From Clostridia bacterium (lineage in GTDB: Bacteria > Bacillota > Clostridia > Oscillospirales > Acutalibacteraceae): a stretch of 64,000 nucleotides of DNA. The notes beneath the pieces are model-generated. The model worked only from the letters and a program-made list of their open reading frames with translations. It was not told the DNA's origin and searched no databases. The stretch lies in contig JAGAOS010000005.1 of assembly GCA_017623575.1 (NCBI GenBank), positions 14,350 through 78,349 on the forward strand, in the 5' to 3' direction. The translations under genes were made by a program, and so were the position numbers. This document shows, piece after piece, positions 8,152-15,392 of this stretch. The first letter of the stretch is position 1, and each line of letters starts with the position of its first letter.

Positions 8152-9918
8152 TTATTTAACAAAGTCAGGCTTTTCGGTGGTATAAACAGTTACCGAGCCT
8201 GCAGGTAACTGGTCATAGAAGCCGGTGGTTACATTTTTAGCAACAGCATCGGCGGCTATCATTTCATAGCTGGGAGCGGGTTCAATTTTTGAACTATCGT
8301 ATACATAACGGTAGAAGGTTTTGCCACCTAAGGATTTTTCAAAATTGATTTTAACATCCATTTCCATTAAATCGTGGTTAGTGGCAACAACAGTAATTTC
8401 ACCGTCATCACGCTCAATAGCCGAAATGTAATAGGCATATCCGGGACCTTCACACTCATAAACATGACCCGTGCCAATGTATTTGGTAAGTAAGGATACC
8501 GAATACCATGAGGGGTGAGGTGTATGGGTTTCAAACAAACAGCTCATATAGCCGTTAATCTGAATACCATTATCAAACTCGCCTGCCATATCGTTATTGG
8601 TGTTATCAGGCCATTGCTCATCCCAAAGGGTCCAAAGGAAGAGATTAGAAATACCGCCCATATTCATAATGGAGTTCATCATTGCGCCTACGGCAACACC
8701 CTTCCAGGGGTTTTTCATTTCCACACGCTTATTTTCATAACCGTAGGTAGTAGTAGCAACATTGTACTCGTCTACCCAGTATTCCTTACCAACCTTCTTA
8801 GCCTGCTCCATAGGATAGGTAAGCTTTTGGGGAGGAATTTCATAGTACATATCATCAACATACTCTTTTGCACGGTCATAACCGTTATGGGAGCCAATGA
8901 TATCTACCTTATCGGCAAGATTTTCAACGGTATACTTAACTAATAATGATATAGGCTCACTGCCGTCATCTGCGCGCCAGTTATCACAAGGGCCTACAAT
9001 TTTGTACTGGTTGCGAAGACCTGCATCCTTAAGGCCACCGTCAAGAGCGGTAATAAGGTCGCTATAAAGGGGATAAATTCTTTCATACTCACGGTTAGCA
9101 AGAGAGGTTTCTGCCTTTTCGCCGTTAATATCAAGTCCGTCACCGGTAAAGGAATTATTACACTCGGTATAGGCAAAGAAGTATTTAAGATTATTTACGC
9201 CGTTTGCTTTAAGTGAAAGTACGGTATTTTTCATAAAATCGCGGTAGTTTTTAAGGGTGGCATCCCAATCGTCCTTAACAACAATACCGGGGCAACCAAG
9301 CTGGAAATTATCAGTATTGGTATCGGGATTATTTTTAACAAGGGTCTGCATAGACCAAATTGCAGTAACACCAACCTCAGCACCAATTGAATCCATAGCC
9401 TTACAAGCAGTGAAGAAATCCTGCATTCTTTCGCTGTTATAATCCTGCTCACCCGTTTCGCCATTATAGGTGTATGACGAGCCATAGAAGGCGCGAATCA
9501 TCTTGACTTCCATTTCCTTCATAAGACCCAGCTCATATTCGCGCTGCTCATCTGTATAAAGGCGACCGAAGGAATCCTTTTGATAGCTTGCCAACTGATG
9601 GATGTAGCTTATACCACGAAATGGGGATGAGGATTTTTTGGTGTTGTTTACATAAAGATTCTCATAGTAAATCTCCTCTTCCTCCTCAGTAGGAAGCTCT
9701 TCTATCCATTCATCATTGGGCTCCTCTGTAGGCTCCTCTTCAGAAGATGGGTTTTCCACAACCTCGTCAGTAGGCTCAGAAGAAACATTTTCATCGGATG
9801 AAGCAGGCTGAGATGAAGATACAATGTCATCGCCGCTACCTTTACAAGCCGCAAATGCAGAAACTGCCATTGCAAGCGCTAAAATAAGACAAACAATTTT
9901 AAAAACAGTATTTTTCAT
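8152..9918 (-). CDS. Glycoside-hydrolase-like TIM-barrel protein, paralog C (secreted lipoprotein form)
   Basis: Signal peptide with a lipobox-like AFAAC, then an acidic S/E/P-rich linker, then the same conserved blocks (YTECNN, CDNWRADDGSEP, DIIGSHNGYDR, WVDEYN). The start codon overlaps the stop of the upstream gene (TAATG). Confidence 0.6.
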   Translation of the reverse strand: MKNTVFKIVCLILALAMAVSAFAACKGSGDDIVSSSQPASSDENVSSEPTDEVVENPSSEEEPTEEPNDEWIEELPTEEEEEIYYENLYVNNTKKSSSPFRGISYIHQLASYQKDSFGRLYTDEQREYELGLMKEMEVKMIRAFYGSSYTYNGETGEQDYNSERMQDFFTACKAMDSIGAEVGVTAIWSMQTLVKNNPDTNTDNFQLGCPGIVVKDDWDATLKNYRDFMKNTVLSLKANGVNNLKYFFAYTECNNSFTGDGLDINGEKAETSLANREYERIYPLYSDLITALDGGLKDAGLRNQYKIVGPCDNWRADDGSEPISLLVKYTVENLADKVDIIGSHNGYDRAKEYVDDMYYEIPPQKLTYPMEQAKKVGKEYWVDEYNVATTTYGYENKRVEMKNPWKGVAVGAMMNSIMNMGGISNLFLWTLWDEQWPDNTNNDMAGEFDNGIQINGYMSCLFETHTPHPSWYSVSLLTKYIGTGHVYECEGPGYAYYISAIERDDGEITVVATNHDLMEMDVKINFEKSLGGKTFYRYVYDSSKIEPAPSYEMIAADAVAKNVTTGFYDQLPAGSVTVYTTEKPDFVK

Positions 9919-12900
9919 TATGCCTGCTCACCTCCTTTTTTAAATTTAACAAGTGTAACACAAGCAATAAGTAATGTAAATGCAAGAAGAATTACGGGCA
10001 ATATGCTTTCGCTACCTGTTACAGGGTTGCCATTATCACCTATAAGCTCCTGCTCGGCTTTACTGCCGAATACCACAAGGTTTACAAGCTCACCATTGTC
10101 GGTGTTTACAGAAAGGGCATCTGCATTAGGCTTTAATTCATAACCCATAGGCAGATTTGTTGAAAGCGAATTGGTGGTAAAGAGATAAGGCTCGCTAAGC
10201 TTTAATGCCCCATCATCATTTTCAATTACAAGATAGATAAATTCATCTGCACCGCTGATAAAGTCAATACCTATTCTTCCGCTTGTTCCGTCAGAGGAGA
10301 TAATTGCCGAAGGTGCGCCTACATCCGAAGCGGCCATAGGATTAATTCCGTCCAAGGAGAGGAATACTCTGGAATTGGACTTTTTAAGGCTTTCTACAGT
10401 AAGACCAAAGGTGTACTGATATTGCTTCATAACGGGAATCTTAATAACGGTGGTCTTGCCCTTTTCTACCTGAGCAGTAAGACCTTCAGCATCAAACACA
10501 TTGTAATAATGCTCACTGTAGCTTGCATTGTTGGAATAGTTAAGGGTACCGGGCTTTAACTCCTTAAGAAGGATGTCATCCAGATAGATATCGGGGATAG
10601 TTTTACCGCCGTTGAAGGTAAATGAAAGCTGTGTCTGACCGGGTTTAGTGGTAAAGCGAATGCTCTTTTTAACCCACTCATCACGCTCGGGCATACCGCT
10701 GGCACGAAGTACCCAGGTGTTAGCCCAGTCATAATAAAGTGCAAAGTAGCCTAATGTACCGGTATCCTTAGGTACATAAATGTAATAGCTGAATTCGTAA
10801 AGGGTGTTTTCCTTACAGGGAACGGTAAATACGGGGTCGCGGTACTGAGTAACTGCCGAATAGTTAGCAACTGCGTTATAGGTATAGCTACCGCCCTTTA
10901 AGTAGGTAGCCTTGGTGATTTTGCCGTCACGCTCGGGACCGTCTACAACTGAGGCGCAAGCAATATCATAGCTAACATAGAAATCGTCAAAGTTAATGAG
11001 AATTTCATCTCTGGGCTCGGTTCCCCAGCCTAAGAAGGGCTCATAATCGGTTTCGATAAGGGTGATGTCATCAATCCACATATCGGGGGTGTACTCACCT
11101 GCGTTTACATAGAAGGAAAGCAGATTCTGCTCGGTAGTGGTTGTTATGGTGTATTCGTAATAGATCCATTCATCACGCTTTGCAGTATGCTGATAGGAAG
11201 AAACCATATTTGCTTTGCCAAAGCAGGCGTAAATGCCTATCCACTCACCCTTTGTTGCATTCTCGGGAAGAGTTTGAGAATTGGTTTTAACACGGAATGA
11301 AAGCTTATAAACCGTTTTGGGCTTAACGCCTACTGTGAATACATCATCAGTATCGGTTGAAAATGTAGAATTGTAATTAAGGGTTGTTGCACTACCATAT
11401 GCGCCCTTAATGAAATGAAGCATTTTTGAAGGCTTGCCGTCATATGCCTCAGCCTCTACAATTTCAATGCGGTCTTTGGGAGAAACGGTTGCATTGCCGC
11501 CGTAGTTATCAAAATCAATAACTATCTTATCCTTAGGCTCCTTGCCGGGAACAACAGGAACTGCATCGGGGTCTTCATCGGTTTCGACTACGGTGAAATC
11601 ATCCACATAAAGCACGAAGCCTGCACCGAAGGTTAAGCACATACCAAAGTAAAGGTCGGTAGTGGTTGCGCGGAAAAGCATTGAGTATTCGTGCCACTGA
11701 CCTGCCTCACCTGCGAAAATTGCACCCTTTTTAAGATACTCTGCAGGAGAGTTGCTGTTCATAGCAGTGCCGCCCTTTACAATACCTACCTGATTAACCC
11801 AAGCCTTGGAGGATGAGCCAACTGTGGAGGTTGTGGGGGCAAAATATTTAAAGCTTACTTTATATGCCTTATCTTTAACCAGATCATTCAGCTTAACTGC
11901 GGTGTACTGAATGTTACCGTTTATTTTAATGGAGTTTGCGCCGCCGTTATAGGTATAGGTTTTATCGGTGTTGTTGGTGTTCTTTATCCAACCGTTTTCG
12001 GTAGGACCGTTGCCATTAACTACGGGAGCATAATTTGCGTGGTAAAGCTTCCAGCTTGCGGCATCATCATAATTAGAGGGGCCTGAAGGCTCGGGATCTT
12101 CACCTTCACCGGGTCCGGGCTCTTCGCCTTCACCGGGTCCGGGACCGGGATCGGGTGTAGTCCAGCCCTCGGTTACTGCAAATTCATCAAGATAAATTGT
12201 AAATCCACCTGCAAAGGTAGCATACAAAGTAAAGAATAAATCTGTAGTAGCATCAGTAGTGAACTCTAAATTATAGGTATTCCAACTGCCATCGGCAGGA
12301 CTTGCGGGGGTGGTTGCCTTACTGCCTGCTGCTAAATACTCGGCAGGAACTGCGCCGTTCATAGCAGTACCCTTTTTAACAACGCCGGGTGTGAACCAGG
12401 CTTTAGAGGAGCTACCCCATGTAGCGCCCTGCGCAATCATATACTTAAAGGAAATGGTATATTTTGTATTTGCCTTTAAGACAGGCATTTTAACTGCATT
12501 CAAAACGGTGTTGCCATAAAGCTTAACCGATTCACCGCTACCGGTAGAAGTAAATGCAGTATTTTTATTGATGGTAGCGCTTGCCCAGTCACGCTTTGCA
12601 GGAGCTGTACCGTCAATAGTCGCATAGCCTGCATAATCGCCCTTGGCAGTGGGATGATAAAGACCCCAGTTTGCGATATCCTCAAATGGATCGGGCTCAA
12701 CTTCCTTCTTAGTGAGGGTAAACTCATCAAGATAAATTGTAAATCCACCTGCAAAGGTAGCATACAAAGTAAAGAATAAATCTGTGGTATCGTCGGTAGA
12801 AAATTCTAAAGTATAGGTGTTCCAGCTGCCGTCGGCAGGACTTGCGGGAGTGGTTGCCTTACTGCCTGCTGCCAAATACTCAGCAGGAACCGCACCATTC

Positions 12901-14951
12901 ATAGCAGTACCTTTTTTAACAATACCGGGTGTGAACCAAGCTTTAGAGGAGCTACCCCATGTAGCATCCTTAGCAACTAAATATTTAAAGGAAAGTGTAT
13001 AGTCGGTATTTGCTTCAACGCCTGTAAGCTTAAAAGCATTTGTAACAGTATTACCATATAATTTAACCGATTTGCCGCTACCTGTAGAGGTAAAGGCTGT
13101 GTTGGTATTGATGGTAGCACTTGCCCAATCGCGCTTTGCAGGGGCTGTACCGTCAATAGTTGCATAACCTGCATAATCGCCCTTGGCAGTGGGATGATAA
13201 AGACCCCAGTTTGCAATATCCTCAAATGGATCTGACTCGGGAACGGTTTCATCAGGAATTCCTACATCGGGAACGGTTGCGGTAAGGGCAGAAACTGTAA
13301 CATAATCAATATATGCCTTACCTGCGCCGCCAATAAACATAGTTGGATAATTACAGCTACCATCCGCCGCATCGGCTTTAAGGGTAAAGTCATAAGAAAA
13401 TTCCTGCCATTCATCACCTGCAGAAAGGGTGGTGGCTTTATAATTTATGGGATTTGTGGCTGCGTGGGTCCAAGCACTTAAGCCATCGGTAACACCGTGC
13501 ATATAGAACTTAACCTCGCCGCTGAGCAACTTATACTTAAAGGTAACCTTGAATTTATCGCCCTTATTTACAAACTCGGTTAAAACAGGAAGGTCAGAGC
13601 TTGCAGGGTTAAGGATAACACGGTTGCTACCCTCTGTGATAACTGCGCCATCAGCAGTGCCATCATACTGCAATGCCTTGGTGCCCGAAACAGAGGTGCC
13701 TGTAGGTGTAACTATGCTTAAAGCACCAACGAATTCACTTTTGGTTTTAGTATAATCCTCAAAATCCTGAATAAAATAGGTTGCCTTTTCTTTTTCGGTA
13801 AGGGTGATTGCATCAATAAAGCATTCATAACCTGCCGCAAAGGCAAAGCGGAATTCAAGCATATAATCGGTAGTAGTATCGGTTGTAAAATCTACCGAAA
13901 GCTCCTTCCAATCGGAAGTTTCGGTACCCTTACCAAGGTCTGCAACAAACTCGGCAGGGCCTGATTTACCCGAATTAAAGGCGGTACCCTTTTTAATAAT
14001 ATGTGAAGTAAAGTAAGCACCGTTAGAGGCTATTGCGGAAGTAGCACCCGGCTTATACTTAAAGCTTAAGGTGTACTTGGTGTTTGCTTTAAGAACAGGA
14101 AGATTTGCGGCAATGTTAACGGTATTACCATTGATTCTTACAGATTTGCCTGTAGAATCGGCATCCTGAGCAGTGTTGTTTGTAATGCTCATCCAACCAT
14201 TCTTGGTCTGATGGCTTTCACCATCATAATTAGTTACAACGGTGTAGTTTGCGTCAGAAGAAGATGCGGCATAGATACCCCAGTTAGAAAGGGATTCATA
14301 ATCGAATACCTCATTCAGACTGAAATCATCTACATAGAAGGTATCTGTACCTGCCTGTACCAAAAGCTTAAGGGTGGTGTTATCACCACTGTTGAACTTT
14401 ATGGTAACCTGATTCCAAGCACCCTCTGCAAGCCAATCGGTAGTACGATTAGCTATACTTGTACGGTTGGCAAAAACACCGTTAGGTGCGGTATAGGCGG
14501 CATTTGTTGCCATATAAACAACATATCCGTCCTCACCCCATGTAAGAGAACCGTCAGGAACAACTATACCTGTTCTTACAAGGTAGGTATCAAAACCGTT
14601 AGAAGCGTATTTTGCACCACTAGTAAGAAAACGGTAGGATAAGGTGTAATCCTTATTTTTTTCTACTTCAAATTCAACTGTTGACATTTGAAGCTTTGCC
14701 GAAATTTTAACGGATGAGGTATCACCGCCATAGGTATAGGCGGTATTGGTGTTTGAGGTTACAGAACCCCAAGTTACAGCAGTACCGTCATCGGCATTAA
14801 TGTATTTGGTGTTAAAGGCATATCTTTCCCAGTTAGCAGGATTTTCAAAAACATTCTCTGCTCCGGATGCCGAAACACCGCCAATAAGTGCAGTAGTAAT
14901 ACCCGATACAAGGATGCAAAGGGTAAGTACCACGGCTAAAAGCTTTTTCAT
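9918..14951 (-). CDS. Giant secreted multi-CBM-like surface protein with a C-terminal sorting-signal-like tail
   Basis: I take the start as the ATG at 14951 (MKKLLAVVLTL, a signal peptide) with an AAAGGAGGG RBS. There are at least 8 repeated beta-sandwich-like modules ending in Y(V/I/L)DD(F/I)(S/T)L-type strands (YVDDFSL, IYLDEFTL, LYVDDFTV, MWIDDITL, IYLDDILL). The C-terminus reads NPVTG, then a TM segment, then KFKKGGEQA. Confidence 0.7.
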   Translation of the reverse strand: MKKLLAVVLTLCILVSGITTALIGGVSASGAENVFENPANWERYAFNTKYINADDGTAVTWGSVTSNTNTAYTYGGDTSSVKISAKLQMSTVEFEVEKNKDYTLSYRFLTSGAKYASNGFDTYLVRTGIVVPDGSLTWGEDGYVVYMATNAAYTAPNGVFANRTSIANRTTDWLAEGAWNQVTIKFNSGDNTTLKLLVQAGTDTFYVDDFSLNEVFDYESLSNWGIYAASSSDANYTVVTNYDGESHQTKNGWMSITNNTAQDADSTGKSVRINGNTVNIAANLPVLKANTKYTLSFKYKPGATSAIASNGAYFTSHIIKKGTAFNSGKSGPAEFVADLGKGTETSDWKELSVDFTTDTTTDYMLEFRFAFAAGYECFIDAITLTEKEKATYFIQDFEDYTKTKSEFVGALSIVTPTGTSVSGTKALQYDGTADGAVITEGSNRVILNPASSDLPVLTEFVNKGDKFKVTFKYKLLSGEVKFYMHGVTDGLSAWTHAATNPINYKATTLSAGDEWQEFSYDFTLKADAADGSCNYPTMFIGGAGKAYIDYVTVSALTATVPDVGIPDETVPESDPFEDIANWGLYHPTAKGDYAGYATIDGTAPAKRDWASATINTNTAFTSTGSGKSVKLYGNTVTNAFKLTGVEANTDYTLSFKYLVAKDATWGSSSKAWFTPGIVKKGTAMNGAVPAEYLAAGSKATTPASPADGSWNTYTLEFSTDDTTDLFFTLYATFAGGFTIYLDEFTLTKKEVEPDPFEDIANWGLYHPTAKGDYAGYATIDGTAPAKRDWASATINKNTAFTSTGSGESVKLYGNTVLNAVKMPVLKANTKYTISFKYMIAQGATWGSSSKAWFTPGVVKKGTAMNGAVPAEYLAAGSKATTPASPADGSWNTYNLEFTTDATTDLFFTLYATFAGGFTIYLDEFAVTEGWTTPDPGPGPGEGEEPGPGEGEDPEPSGPSNYDDAASWKLYHANYAPVVNGNGPTENGWIKNTNNTDKTYTYNGGANSIKINGNIQYTAVKLNDLVKDKAYKVSFKYFAPTTSTVGSSSKAWVNQVGIVKGGTAMNSNSPAEYLKKGAIFAGEAGQWHEYSMLFRATTTDLYFGMCLTFGAGFVLYVDDFTVVETDEDPDAVPVVPGKEPKDKIVIDFDNYGGNATVSPKDRIEIVEAEAYDGKPSKMLHFIKGAYGSATTLNYNSTFSTDTDDVFTVGVKPKTVYKLSFRVKTNSQTLPENATKGEWIGIYACFGKANMVSSYQHTAKRDEWIYYEYTITTTTEQNLLSFYVNAGEYTPDMWIDDITLIETDYEPFLGWGTEPRDEILINFDDFYVSYDIACASVVDGPERDGKITKATYLKGGSYTYNAVANYSAVTQYRDPVFTVPCKENTLYEFSYYIYVPKDTGTLGYFALYYDWANTWVLRASGMPERDEWVKKSIRFTTKPGQTQLSFTFNGGKTIPDIYLDDILLKELKPGTLNYSNNASYSEHYYNVFDAEGLTAQVEKGKTTVIKIPVMKQYQYTFGLTVESLKKSNSRVFLSLDGINPMAASDVGAPSAIISSDGTSGRIGIDFISGADEFIYLVIENDDGALKLSEPYLFTTNSLSTNLPMGYELKPNADALSVNTDNGELVNLVVFGSKAEQELIGDNGNPVTGSESILPVILLAFTLLIACVTLVKFKKGGEQA
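12178..13240. repeat. Near-identical tandem duplication (period about 540 bp) inside the giant CBM-protein gene
   Basis: aa(a/c)tcatcaagataaattgtaaatccacctgcaaaggtagcatacaaagtaaagaataaatctgt occurs at about 12181 and about 12721. The two protein modules both begin DPFEDIANWGLYHPTAKGDYAGYATIDGTAPAKRDWASATIN. Confidence 0.85.
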
Positions 14952-14991
14952 AATATAAAGCCCTCCTTTAAAAAAGTTTACCTCTGTTAAC

Positions 14992-15122
14992 ATTGTACCA
15001 TATTTTTAAGGGTTTGAAAAGACAAAAATCGTGTGCAAATTATAACAGGTTTTTTGCACTTTTTTGTGAAATGACAAAAATCGGTGTTTAATTTTGTTTA
15101 AAATGCACAACACTTTTTGTGG
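14992..15122 (-). promoter_or_regulatory. Candidate promoter region of the giant CBM-protein gene: extended -10 plus two 52-bp-spaced direct repeats
   Basis: The minus strand has TGgTACAAT at 14992..15000 with a weak -35. Upstream, the plus strand carries tgaaaagacaaaaatcgtgtg (about 15015) and tgaaatgacaaaaatcggtg (about 15067), each followed by gcac...ctttttgtg. Confidence 0.35.
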
Positions 15123-15179
15123 TAAAAATAGGAATAATTTTGTTTTTATAAAATAGGGGCTGTAAAAAAACAGCCGTGC

Positions 15180-15249
15180 GATAAATTGTGGTTTGAACGC
15201 CTTCCCCTTGACGGGGAAGGCTCTTTTGTTCGTTAAACATTAATTTATC
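15180..15249. repeat. GATAAATT-bounded hairpin element (copy E, 70 bp)
   Basis: gataaattgtggtttgaac-gccttcccc ttga cggggaaggc-...cgttaaacattaatttatc. It is close to the reverse complement of copy F2 at 18480..18550. Confidence 0.8.
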
Positions 15250-15271
15250 TGTCTAATATATTTATAAACAT

Positions 15272-15319
15272 AAAAATCTGCAACGAAAGGGCTTTTCTAT
15301 CCTTTTATTGCAGATTTTT
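15272..15319 (-). terminator. Intrinsic terminator downstream of lacZ (hairpin is bidirectional in form)
   Basis: Stem aaaaatctgcaa ... ttgcagattttt with an inner aaagg/ccttt helix and T-runs on both strands. Confidence 0.65.
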
Positions 15320-15392
15320 CATTTTATTTTATTTATATTTTAAGGTTTTAATAAACTTTGTTTTTTTACAGCCCCTATATAACCAAGATTAA

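Larger units (their letters stand above)
15153..15378. repeat. 226-bp segment bounded by perfect 20-bp inverted repeats
   Basis: ataggggctgtaaaaaaaca at 15153..15172 is the exact reverse complement of tgtttttttacagcccctat at 15359..15378. The segment encloses repeat copy E and the lacZ terminator. Confidence 0.8.

Noticed and set aside
14211-14642. Antisense and shadow ORFs of 60-180 aa inside long genes. Examples: 14211..14642, 30667..31206, 33546..34100, 37126..37617, 46266..46664, 49468..49956, 50101..50610 and 54765..55313.
   Set aside because: They lie entirely within well-supported genes on the opposite strand. They lack RBSs and have low-complexity or odd composition. They are typical of long ORF-free reverse frames.
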